NCBI GenBank assembly: GCA_964016885.1
Contig: OZ024741.1
Location: 43,648,001-43,712,000, forward strand
Length of the DNA: 64,000 nucleotides
Direction: 5' to 3'
Source: Eledone cirrhosa
Lineage: Eukaryota
Each line of letters starts with the position of its first letter. Position 1 is the stretch's first letter. The position numbers and the translations under genes are program-made. This document shows, piece after piece, positions 12,987 to 25,200 of the stretch. The notes under the pieces are model-generated. The model searched no databases, was not told the origin of the DNA, and saw only the letters and a program-made list of their open reading frames with translations.

Positions 12987-15125
12987 ATGGACAAATACCC
13001 TTTGGACTACTCTGTAAAGAATATCCCAACACCTTCTAACACTCTCTACACGAAAATACTGATAGACAAAGTAGAGAGGGTTGTTAAAAGAATGAGATGG
13101 AAAGCTTTGATTCTCGATGGACAATTTAACACGGATTCTACGGAATATTTTGACATCAAAACTCATAAATACCCGCAAAGAGTAAAAGATATGACCGCCT
13201 TTGAATTAGACCTAGTTTACCTAATCAACAACATCAATTTTCGTAAGTACTCTAACCCCTTTCAATCTAAATTATCTAATGATATTTCCACTTTCAAATC
13301 TTCTAATAAAAAGTTCATCTTCTCTGATAAAACTAAAAACCTATATGAAGTTAATAATAATTTACACGACCAACTATTAATAGATAATATCACCTCTAAA
13401 TACCAAATAGCTAATATAAATACGTACCATAATATAAATAAGGAAGCTAAAGAATTAGCTGTTTCTTTAAAAATAGATAATAGGACAGAAAAACTTGCTA
13501 AACGTTCTGCGTATATCACCCTTAAAGATCATAAACCCGACTTTATTAATCGTCCTAGTTGTAGATTAATCAACCCTGCTAAGACTGATATTGGTCTTGC
13601 CAGCAAAAAAATTTTAAATAAATTAAATACACACATTAGAAGTAAGTCTAAATTACTCCAATGGATAAATAGCTCTTCCGTAGTACATTGGTTTAATAAT
13701 ATTAAAAACAAAATCAGTTCTAGATTCACCCAATTTGACATTGTAGATTTCTACCCATTTATTACTCAGACCCTTTTAGTGAAAACTTTAAATTTCGCTA
13801 GAGGGTTCACTAATATCTCCGATATTGAAGAGAATGTCATCTTGCATGCTAGGAACACTCTACTTTTTAATGATAATGACACTTGGGTAAAAATATCTAA
13901 CCCTGAGAACCCATTCGATGTCTCAATGGGCTCTTATGACAGTGCCGAGGTTTGTGATCTGGTCGGCCTATTCCTCTTACATACACTTAAAGAAAAATTT
14001 CCTAACCATATTTTTGGGCTTTATCGCGACGATGGTCTAATACTTTCCCATACCACCATAGGCCATAACTTAGATAGATTAAGGAAAGACTTAATAAAAA
14101 CCTTCGCTAGTTTTAATCTTAAAATTACTATTGACACTAACCTTTCCAACGTAGATTTCCTAGATATAAACGTAGATTTGCCTACTGCTTCTTATAAACC
14201 ATACCATAAACCTAACGAAAACTTAAAATATATAAATAAAGGATCTTGCCATCCACCCATAGTTTTTAAAAACCTTATCCCTAATATTAGCCGTAGGATC
14301 TCCACCCTCTCTTCTTCAGAAGCTATTTTTAATAAGGCATCCACCTACTATAATAAAGCCCTCCAAAATAGCGGCTTTAGCGAACCGATTAAATACATAC
14401 CTAATTAAACTAACTCTATTAAAAATAAAAATAGGAAAAGAAAAATAATCTGGTTCACACCCCCCTACTCTCTAGCAGTTAAAACTAATGTAGGCAAAAA
14501 ATTCCTAGAACTCCTAGATAAACATTTCCCTAGAACACATAGATACTATAAGTTCTTTAACAGAAACTGTGTTAAAATTAGCTATTCCTGCGGTCCCCCT
14601 ATTAAGTCCTATATCCTCAACAAAATATCACCTAGAGAAAATCAAACTTGCTCCTGTAGAATCAAAAGTGAATGCCCATTACAAGGTAAATGCAACACCA
14701 AAGCCATTGTATATGCGGCTAAAGTGACAACCATCAGCAACAACCATCCAGCCACCAGTGAACGATATGTGGGTATGACGCAAGACAGATTCAAAACGCG
14801 TTATTACTCACATGTCGCATCCTTTCGACATCCAGAAAAAAGATTTACAACAGCTCTGGCTAGCAGAATTTGGGATTTGAAAGACCAAGGCATCAAATAT
14901 AAACTAGATTGGTCAATTTTGAACCAATCTAAAAAATATGCTAGTGGAACAAGAAAATGCACGCTCTGCATAAATGAAAAATTTTGGATATTGCAAAATC
15001 TAAAATCACCAAAGACCTGCCTGAACACAAAGACGGAAATTTTCACCAGTTGCCCACAAATGAAATCACACCTGCTTTCCAGCTCATATAAACTTAACAC
15101 ACTTTCAGATACTTATCCTCCATAA
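12987..15125 (+). pseudogene. PLE (Naiad-like) RT + GIY-YIG endonuclease, 712 codons with one in-frame TAA at 14406-14408
   Basis: YSVKNIPTPS..KRMRWKA N-terminus, RT motifs FDIVDFYP, SMGSYDSAE, GLYRDDGL and VDFLDI. The same frame continues after the TAA with RKRKIIWFTPPYS, CSCRIKSECPLQGKC, AIVYAAKV..RYVGMT, and joins the 14724 ORF in frame. Confidence 0.92.
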
Positions 15126-15524
15126 ACTCTTATCATTCTCTTTTTAATTACCCTTTCTGACTTACTTTCATTTTTATCCTTGTCAATAATTTTATTTATT
15201 TTTACTTTTATTTTTACTTCCCCCCCCCCTTTATTCTCCGATTCACTTTCCATTTTTTACTTCCCCTTCTTTTACTTCCCTTTTTCGTCCACTAACTGAT
15301 TATACTTGTATTTTGTGTTTTTCAAATCCAGATATATTTTTCATTTTCATTTTTATTTTTATTTTAATTATATTTTTGTGCAGCCTATCTTACAATTTTA
15401 TATTTGTACTTATTTATCCACAAGTTTTTTACACCCTGTATCAATATGGCTGAACGCCTTAATGTGTGTATACTTTTATATATGTACACGAGTGACTACG
15501 TATGTGCGCGCGCGTGCGTGTATG

Positions 15525-15611
<87 letters not shown>

Positions 15612-16364
15612 ATGTATATGTTGTGCGTATGTGTACGTGTCTTTATATCCGTGTTTTTGATATCTCGGTTTTATGTTTTGTTCCTTTTTTTCTTCTCCCC
15701 CCCCCTTTCTTTTTTTACTTACTCAGTTTTATGCATGTGCATGCAAACAGGTTCATATGCGTGAGTATAAGTATGTGTGTGTGTGTGTGTGTGTGTGTAT
15801 GTACTTATCGAACGTACGGATGTGTAAGTGCGCGTGTGTATATAAGCATATATATTTTTACATTTCTTTTGTGAGACATGCGTGTCTGTGTACGTATGTA
15901 CCCCTTTTTTTGTCTCCTTTTCTTTAATTTTTCTTTCTAAATATATTTTTTAATTTTTCTTTCGAATTTATCGTTATTATATTTTTATAAATATATCGAT
16001 ACTGATACTTTTCTTTTAATTATTACACTCCCTTACCTCCTTTCTTTCCGCATCTAAGTGTACGAGTGTGCAGGCGTTTTATGCGCGCGCCTTCATATTC
16101 ATATATTTATGATGTAACTATTTCTGTCTGTAGATTACAGACAGAAATATAGATACATTTGCCCTAAATTTTAGAATTACGCACACTTTCTCACTATACG
16201 TATACATGTGCGCATATACATATATGCACATCTGTGAGCGTATATACATACATATACACACACCTAACTATATTTCTTGATAGATTTTTATATATTTCAA
16301 TTTCTATTTCATTTATCTATATCCTTTTTTTGATTTTCTTGATGAGTTTTTCTAAGTATTTACC

Positions 16365-16434
16365 CCTCGTCTGACGATCGAATGAAGTCGTTTATTTCGT
16401 ATTCGCCTCATTCGGGAAACCTCTGGTAATGAGG
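16365..16434 (+). ncRNA. Type I hammerhead ribozyme in the Naiad 3' pLTR
   Basis: cctcgt-CTGACGA-tcgaatga...tcattcgg-GAAAC-ctctg-GTA-atgagg, with predicted cleavage after 16428. Confidence 0.88.
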
Positions 16435-16538
16435 TAATTATATTGTATTGATTTTTATACATTATATTTTGCTCTGATACTTACATAGAGCACTCTTCAT
16501 TTCTATGACCTTTTCTGTTTCCAACGGAAATTTCAATA

Positions 16539-16593
<55 letters not shown>

Positions 16594-18199
16594 CAGGAAA
16601 CTAAGTGATATGAATATTGGACAGTACTAATAAACAATTTAGTAGTACTTCAATTTATAATGTTAGTTAAAAAAAATCTTCTTTGCGCCATTGTATACTT
16701 ATACAGATAATGCAAAATTGGACAATGTTTATTCTAAAAGCGATATTAAAATGTTCACCATAAAAAAAAACCAAGCATAAAAATAATGTGACTGAAAGAA
16801 AAGGAAAATACAGAAATATAGAAGTTTAAGTACCAATTAAAAGTTGAAATACATGGTTACCTTTCTGTATGTCTAGTCTTTAAAATTATGATTGCTATAC
16901 AACTTGGTGCACGTTTTTGCTTTCGTATTTATATAGCAAATTTGTCTTCAGGTATAATATCTAAATTTGAATTGCACTAATCAGCCAGACAAAATATTTC
17001 TCCTCGTCCTCTCCGATTTTACATTTGTAAGATCTGGCTCTATTTTGAAAAACATACTACATATTAACTAAACTGAATAATTTATGACAAAAATGAATAT
17101 ATGACAAGGAGGAAATGCAAAACAAATAAAGAAACAGGAAATATCGTAATTTAAATATTAAACTCAGGAAGCAGGCATCAATAGAACCGGATTTATTTTT
17201 GTTTGATATGAAAGGAAAAAATATATATGAATCCTCGTTTTGAAGCTCCATAAAAAAAAATGCTACTGATATTTAAGTAATCTTGCTATCATATAAACAT
17301 ATAATCAAAACACAAAGAAAAGGAAGATTTGAACATTACTTGCGAGTATATCAAATCGTTCTAAGTACAGACATATTCACATATTTATATATTATCAAAA
17401 ATATTTGACTATTTAGATAAAACGAGAAAATTTGAAATAAGCTGTGCTATATTCAGTGGTAATTAGCTTCTTATTTTTATGTGAATTTAAATCTCACAAT
17501 TTGGTACCGAGAATTATTGAAATTATCTATTTAGTACATTGGAACAACAAAATAACGGGGTTGGATTGCAGCGATAACATTTAATCCATAAATCTTCGTA
17601 GGTATTGACACATGTGCGTTAGATACATCTGCTTCAAATAGAAAATAATCTATATTAGATAAAAGAAGAGCTGTTTTTCCGTCTATCTCTCCGTGTCACT
17701 TATGTATGTACATATAATACATATAGATTTGTTTTGGGTTGTTTGTGTGAGTATGTATTTCTCTGTGTGAGTATGTGTTTCTGTATGTCCTTGAATATAT
17801 AGAAAGCACAACACAAACTTTCGAATAAACTTTCACTATAATGACAAGTTGCTGTTTTGAGAGAAATATAGTGAGATCGAGTGTGTGTGAAAGACATATA
17901 GGTAGGTAAAGTTGTTGTCACCATAGTAACTAATACCTTTTGATCGAAAACACGGGAATTTGAACTGCAAGTCTGTCAACCCGTGTGGAACAAATGCCCC
18001 TGCGTGTTTTCTGTATGTCCTTGAATATATAGACCTGGCATATGTCCGTCATACTTATGTATATATGTATAAATATTACATATTTTTATTGCTTTGGTTG
18101 TTTGTGTGTCTAGAGACATGATATATGTCCGTCATACTTATCTATATATATTTTCACACACAAACATACACACACGCACACACACGCACACACACACCC

Positions 18200-18543
18200 A
18201 CACGTACATCCCCGCTCGGAATCCATTTTTCCTTCACTCCATCCCTCATTCTAACCCTCGCCCCCTCCCGCACCACTATACCCGTGCCCCCGCGGATCCA
18301 TACAACCCTCTCACTATTTTATAACTTTTATTTTCCATTTCATGTTCAATTTTCAATTTATTTTTATTTCTATTTTTCTCGATAACTCCCCGCGCACTCC
18401 TTCTCGGAGTTCCTCCACACACTCTCCCAATGAAGGGCTTATGCCTGAAACGTCAGACACCCCCACTCTTACCAAGCGTGAAACTAGTCATATTTGTAAC
18501 ATTTACTCCTAGGTTTGTCTGGTTTTTGTTTTCTGTTAATCCG

Positions 18544-18546
<3 letters not shown>
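18200..18546 (+). mobile_element. Decayed PLE pLTR fragment with degenerate HHR (18427-18455)
   Basis: ccaatga-agggc ttat gcct-GAAAC-GTC resembles a minimal PLE hammerhead with a damaged core. Ends at (TA)n. Confidence 0.5.
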
Positions 18547-18601
<55 letters not shown>

Positions 18602-18604
<3 letters not shown>

Positions 18605-18921
18605 TGGTTACACAACAGTTAGTTCACCATACCGAGAACAATTGTTTCACCTTTGCGGATCTTCAGCTCGGGATGTGTATAGCGGCTTCTCACAATCTAC
18701 CACCTACTCTCCAACTAGCAACAACACCATTAAGAAAAGTAAGCGCATCAATAGACAAACTATCTGAGAAAGATAACCATACACATCCCGAGCTGAAGAT
18801 CCGCGAAGGTGAAACAATTGTTCTCGGTATGGTGAACTAACTGTTGTGTAACCACTTCTACCTAACTCTTCCCTTGGACTGAGTGCTCTACCACTACGGA
18901 TATTACCTTCCAGTGTTTCAC

Positions 18922-18925
<4 letters not shown>
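18602..18925 (+). mobile_element. Non-coding asymmetric fold-back element, family B (two opposed HHRs)
   Basis: 18602-18680 is inverted relative to ~18778-18857, followed by a ~66-nt unpaired tail. (TA)n on both sides. Same family at 47510-47938. Confidence 0.88.
18788..18827 (+). ncRNA. Minimal type I hammerhead (family B); inverted twin at 18632-18671 on the minus strand
   Basis: ccgag-CTGAAGA-tccgcgaaggt-GAAAC-aatt-GTT-ctcgg, with palindromic stem III ACAATTGT. Confidence 0.87.
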
Positions 18926-18962
<37 letters not shown>

Positions 18963-18965
<3 letters not shown>

Positions 18966-19614
18966 CGAAGGAAATGTGGTAAGGAACCAGGTGGACCATA
19001 ACGCACCAAAGTACTCAATACTTGAGGTAGTAGAGTGGGTAATAGGAACCAGTAAGACCCCGACAGCTGAGCTCAAGCCGTTTCGACGGCTAATTCTGGA
19101 CTAAATGAAAATTTATCCTGGTATTTAAATAGCCGATCTTCTCAAGGGGTAATTCCATATATGGTCAAAGTGATTGTCAAAAATCAGTAGTAATTCTGTG
19201 GTTGCAAATTGGTAGGGGAGATGGTGGCTAAACCTGCCAGTAGGAGAAAGAGGGGAGGGGGTGGAGTAGACCCAATCAAGCGTTGGTAGTGCCAGCTACA
19301 GCTAGGCATGAGGTCAAAGAAGATACAGGGGAGGGGGAGGGGGAGGAAGTCGGAACGGTAGGTAGCTGGCACTACCAACGCTTGATTGGGTCTACTCCAC
19401 CCCCTCCCCACTTTCTCCTACTGGCAGGTTTAGCCACCATCTCCCCTACTAATTTGCAACCACAGAATTACTACTGATTTTTGACAATCACTTTGACCAT
19501 ATATGGAATTACCCCTTGAGAAGATCGGCTATTTAAATACCAGGATAAATTTTCATTTAGTCCAGAATTAGCCGTCGAAACGGCTTGAACTCAGCTGTCG
19601 GGGTCTTACTGGTT

Positions 19615-19618
<4 letters not shown>
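18963..19618 (-). mobile_element. Non-coding asymmetric fold-back element, family A (longest copy)
   Basis: ~255-bp near-perfect arms (19043-~19297 and ~19361-19618), a ~60-bp spacer and an ~80-nt unpaired tail (18963-19042). (TA)n flanks. Confidence 0.9.
19511..19604 (+). ncRNA. Type I hammerhead, U3-A8 core variant (family A); twin at ~19056-19150 on the minus strand
   Basis: acccc-TTGAGAA-gatcggcta...tagccgtc-GAAACggct tgaactc agctGTC-ggggt. Other copies show a perfect stem III, ACGGCT/AGCCGT. Confidence 0.72.
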
Positions 19619-19653
<35 letters not shown>

Positions 19654-20226
19654 TTATTTATTTATATATATATATATTTATTTATTTATATATATATATA
19701 TGTATATATGTATATAAAACCTTTATACTATCTACATTCTACTCTGCTGAATATTGAGTGGTAATTGAGTGAAAATAATGTGACTGAAAATAATGTTCTT
19801 GGTGAGAGTGGGACTTTATATTGGTAGTGTGGATGGGAAATGCAAGCCTGTACATTTTCTTCCACTCTATCAACCCCAATATACGATATAAAGAAATACA
19901 TCGTAGAAAGTCTAAGTGATGAAATTTCTTTTGCTAAGGGATTGATTCACTTGGATTAAAACAGACAAAAAAAAAATGGAAAGATGTATCCTTGAGTCTG
20001 TACTAATCACACATCGTTTATTAGATGCTCTCAAACCATTTTTGATTCGTTTCAGTGGTGGAATCATATCAATGAAAAGAGGTCACGACCACAACTCACA
20101 ATTGTATCACGTTATCCTTATTTCTACTATTGATTTCAGTTTTTATTAGATGTCTGATTCCTCTGCAGTACACTTTTGCTTTTTATTGCTCCGATATTTC
20201 TGTTTCATCGTCATTATAAATATTAT

Positions 20227-20266
<40 letters not shown>

Positions 20267-20990
20267 TGTATGAATATTAGTGTACCTATCATCTCCATCA
20301 TCACCACCACCACCGTCCTCGTCATCATCACCCTCATCACCACCCACACCCCCATCACCACCACCACTATTATCACCATAGTTATGATTTATATCTATGG
20401 CGAAGTAATTGTCTCTATGTAGATAAGTTCTGTCATGTACATTTGATACAATTTATAATATATTATCGGCATTATATTAATACAAATAATATATTACTGT
20501 CTGATAGAGGGTTACCGTACAGCGAATAAATATTCTTCAGATATTTGAAGAGACACTAAAAATAACTTAGAATTAATTGTCATGAATATTTAAATGGTAA
20601 AAAGCAACCTATTTTTGATAATTTGATTAGTGATATGAAATGAATATACAATTTTATCGAGCAATAAACAGAAAAAAGGTAGCCATATTTTTATAGTGTT
20701 TATATTTTTTATTCAAATCTAATCTGATAAATTTATTATATTCTTCTTATATGAATATTTATAAAAATTAGATTGCTTGTATATCAAGTTGGTGGTGGTT
20801 TAAGTGTAAGTAACATGTTTTTCGTTTCATGTTTTACTGTGACGCATCAGTCCACTTCATAAGCCATTTTTCATGGGTTTTTTAGAGAGAATCCTTCTCT
20901 CGATAGTGAACATAAATATCCTTGAAGTCTACAGCTGTTATTCTTATCATACTGAAGAATATATTTTTTGCGCTTATTATTATATTTTAC

Positions 20991-21148
20991 ACGGTGGATT
21001 AGCAGTATCGGTAGACGATCGGATGCCATAATTTGCAGCATAGAGTTACGTCCCTTTACTGCCTGAGTTCAAATCCCACATACGTTAACTTTGCCTTTCA
21101 TCCTTACGGGGTCGATAAAATGAAGTACCAGTAACATACTGGGATAAT
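20991..21148 (+). mobile_element. tRNA-derived SINE, family 1
   Basis: Same head and central block as 908-1100. Confidence 0.8.
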
Positions 21149-21156
21149 TCAATAAT

Positions 21157-21199
21157 CTTTCTTCTTCTTCTTCTTCTTCTTCTTCTTCTTCTTCTTCTT

Positions 21200-21230
<31 letters not shown>

Positions 21231-21460
21231 TTCTTCTTCTTCATCGCCCCACTTATTCCTGAGAGGTTCTTGGGAGCAGCGTCCTCAAATACTCGTATGT
21301 GCGGATTCTGTCAGATGCAAGCATCACTAACTGGATCCCAAGTGTGACCAGCTAAGCACATGGATGTTGACCAACCATCTTGCTCGGGTTCTACCCCTGA
21401 GTCACTTGGGGTTAATCATGCGCCTAAAATATGTCCAACTCATTCAATTCTGCCTGATAA
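21157..21460 (-). mobile_element. 3' fragment of an RTE-like LINE with (AAG)n tail
   Basis: Minus strand encodes ..GVEPEQDGWST/PRARWL-like C-terminal sequence, similar to 41970-42030 (ccaaccatcttgctcggg shared). (TTC)n tract at 21157-21240. Confidence 0.55.
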
Positions 21461-22265
21461 ATATATATATTTGAATATATATGAGTATGTGTATGTCTGT
21501 GTGAGTATGTGAGAGGGTATATATATATATATATACACACTAACATACACGCACAAAAATACACATATATATATAAATGGAAGTCGAAAGAATCATTAGA
21601 TAAAATATATACAGTATTTCCTCTCCCAATCAGTATAAATTAACCACACAAAAAATCATTTAAACGAGACTATAAGTTTAAAATGAACTTATGAAGAAAT
21701 TTTAGATAAATTATATAGATTCTTTTCCGCGACGTACAGCTATACGAGAATTACCTAGTATTTCTCAGAGCCTGTAGAAATTGAATAAAAAAATAGTTAA
21801 CTACACGGAATTAGGTACAAAATTGAAGTTAGAAGAAAAAATGCACATAAACTTTACCAAAATTCTCAGTCTCTACCAACCGGCGGTTTTGTTCCACTTT
21901 TTGGATATATCCGGTCTTGGATAAATCCACCAAGCTTGGAACTCATCAGGATATACCTCAGACTGGATTAAGATTCTTCCACCATGAGCCCCGCCAGAAA
22001 TGAATTCAAAATGGCTAAGAACCATCACGTAGCCAGCGGTCAAGGCAGAAGTTTGTGATTGGTGCTTGTCGGCGAGTAGGCTGGTTGCTAGAAAGCGCAG
22101 CCGAATACTGCCTAAAGTTTTACTCAACCTTACGGGTGTATATATTAAATTCAAAGGGTATAAATTAGACAAAATCACAAATACATATAGGCGTTTGGCA
22201 ACCATTCACGGTGTGACTCAACGTAGAATCATTTAAGTAAGCCATTTATAACCAATCAAATACAT

Positions 22266-25200
22266 TTCAACACATCAACAAGTACATTAAATTTCGTGCT
22301 CGTGTTTGGGAATTTAGTTTGTAGCCTTTTAGAGAATTTTGTGCCAACACAAAAGATAATGGTCAAGAAAAACGGGATGGGGAGAATTGTTCTGGTTCAG
22401 TGAATATGGTTGGTGTGCTGGGGTGTCAGAATTCAGACTTTCTATTGAAATAAAGAAAGTAGAGATATGTATGTTTATTTGTGTACTTGTGTGTGTGTGT
22501 ATGTGTGTGTGTGTAGGAAGATGATTCTATTAGTAGAAATGGGGGATGGAGTTGTATGTGTGTATGGCTGTTATGTGTGTGTGTATGTGTGTGTGGGAGT
22601 ATGATTGGCATGTTAAGATGGAGAGAATACATATATTTTTTTGTGTGTGAAGGAAAGTGATTCCGTTAGTAGAAATGGGGGAGGGAGTTATGTCTGTATG
22701 TGTGTGGAGGGGGGGGGGGGGGGGCTAGCATGTTAAGGTTTTAGAGTATTAACGTATGTTAAGATTTATTTAGTTCTGGTTTTTATTTTCTAAAGTAGAA
22801 GGTGTTATGTGTGTGTGTATGTATGTGTCTGTTTGGATGGTTAACATGTTATGGTGTTGACATAATGTATATTAAACTATATTTAATGCCGGTCTATATT
22901 TTTGAAGAAAAATATTTTTCCTATTCATTCGTATTTGTTCTGTTGTATTCTCAGCGCAAAGATGAAATGGAAAAGTTGGAATTTGGGTGTCTTATTACTT
23001 GCGCATATGTCTAGATGAGCACTTAGTGGTATCTGTCTTGTGGTTGGATCTCGTAATTGTTGGCCATGAACTATCATGCTGTTTCTGAGTGTGAATTTAG
23101 TTTGTCCTATATAATCTTAATCGCATCCTTTACATTTAATGGCATAACGTAGATTTTTTGATGAGCAAGTGAAGTGATTTTTAGAGCAAAATTTTGTCCT
23201 GATTGAAATGTATGTGTTGCCTTGAATGAGAGGAGTGCAGGCTCTACAATTAGAGCAACCATATTTTTTGACAGTTGGTTGTGGGTTTGTGGTAGGTAAT
23301 TTGACATTGGTGAGTAATGCTTTAAGTCATTTCGGTTCTCTTTTGCTTTTGATTATTTTGTGTTTCAAGAGCTTTTTTCACTCTTGGGTCTTGTTTCAAT
23401 ATTGGGATGTTCTTGTGAATAGTGTTGTAAGCTTGCGCATTTCTTGTGTTGTGTGTTGAGATATATGCTAGAATATTGGACGTACCTTGAATTTGTTTCT
23501 GTTTTCGTAATTCAACAATGCCTATCGCTTTACCCTTTCTATTCCATTATTTATTAGTAATTGTGGGTACTGTCTTTCGAGTAGAACTTCCTTTAATTCT
23601 TGAAGTCTTTTATTTCGCGTTTCATAATTGGAGACAATTGTGCAAATTCTACTTGTTAGGTTAAAAGAGATGTTCGGCTTCGTGCTTTGGATGGTTGGAG
23701 GTGTATAGCAGGAATTATTTGGAATCTGTTGGTTTGTAGTGTATGTCAGTTTCAATATTTGAGTCTTTTTTTAAGATTAAGATGTCCAGAAATGGGAGTT
23801 GATCTTGGCTCTATATAATGTTAATTGGATGTGGTTATTGATGCCGTTAAATAAATTTTTGAAATCATTTAGTTGGTCAAGTGTGTGAGATCAACTAATG
23901 AGACAATCATCCAAGTAGCGTTTCCAATTCTCTGATAAATATTTGTGGAACTTCAATCCGTATTTTATTAGGACTGTTCACATATGTGGACATCCAAGTG
24001 TGCCATGACTAAGTTGGCATAAGTTGGAGCGATTTTTGAACCCAACGCAGTCCCCGATATTTGCTTGTAATTACTGCCATCGAAATAAAATAAAAAGTTG
24101 TTCTTAAAAATAAATTTTAATCCCTCGGTGATGAAGCTTTTTTCTATTCTGTCAGGTATCTCATTGGGATATTTCTCTAACCAGAATCCTATTGCTTCTA
24201 GTCCGTATTGGTGTGGGATCGTTGTGTAGAGATTTACTACATCGAAAGACACAATAATTGTGTCGTTGACATGTTTGGGGAGGTGGTTTAAGAGGTTCAG
24301 ATCGTCTCTTACAAGGCTTGGTATGTGTTTGAGTGTTGGTTTTAGTAGTATGTCTATAAAATTGCTTAGTATGTGTGTTTCACATTGTGGGCCCGCTACA
24401 ATTGGTCTTAATTTAAGGTCTGTGGGGGTATTGTGTGTTCACACAGGTTGACGTGGAGTGTTTACAGCCATCGTTAATTATTTTACACTTGTGGATCTTC
24501 GGAAGTCCGTAAAGGTTGCTGGTTTTGTATTCAAAATGTGTTAAATAATCGGGTTCCTTTTTAGTTAACTCTTCCTGGTATCGACAAATGAATGTGTTTA
24601 ATCTGGTCATCGTTTTGATTGCTGGTAGTTTTTTACTCTTTCATAGTAGTTAGTATCTTGTAAGAGAGAGAGAACAAGGCATTTTTATATTGTTCAGTCT
24701 CCATAATGACGACAGTACTTCCCTTGTCCACTTCGTTTATTATAATATCCGTATTGTTTTTTTTAGTTCATGGATATTCTCCCATTCCCTTCGACTCGTG
24801 TTGAGTTTGGGTTTTGGTATGGGAAAGTTGCTATGTGGTCTAAACATTTGTCCAGAACTCTGTTTCTACCTTTTGTTGGATAATAGCTGCTTTTATGCCG
24901 TACATTTGATTGGTCGTTATTCTCCTTGTCAAAAAATTCCTCTGTGAGACGTAATTTCTACAGAAGTGTGAGATATCGTCATTTATCTCATTGAGGTTCG
25001 AGTATTTTTGTGTTGGTGTGAATTTCAGTCCTTTAGAGAGAATGTTAATTTGTTGGGCTGAGAAGTGTGTATTTGAAAGGTTGATTATTTTCTGTTTTTC
25101 AAAATCGGTTTGTGCCACCGGGTGTCGAGTGTCCTGTAGGCTTGGTCTAAGAAACGATTTTTCTGAATTGTTTTTCATGGGTATTGTTGCATCTAATGGC

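Larger units (their letters stand above)
12085..16540 (+). mobile_element. Naiad-type Penelope-like retroelement with inverted 5' pLTR, inserted in (TA)n
   Basis: 12085-~12735 is the reverse complement of ~15830-16464. 12738-12869 is a direct repeat of ~16410-16540. Single RT+GIY-YIG reading frame inside, with (TA)n on both sides. Confidence 0.92.

Noticed and set aside
14406-14408. In-frame stop in the Naiad ORF as a selenocysteine codon (some Naiads encode selenoproteins)
   Set aside because: The stop is TAA, not TGA, and lies in a Lys/Asn-rich linker. The Cys motifs use ordinary Cys codons.
21940-21952. CTGATGA on the minus strand as a hammerhead core
   Set aside because: No stem II-GAAA or closing stem I follows.
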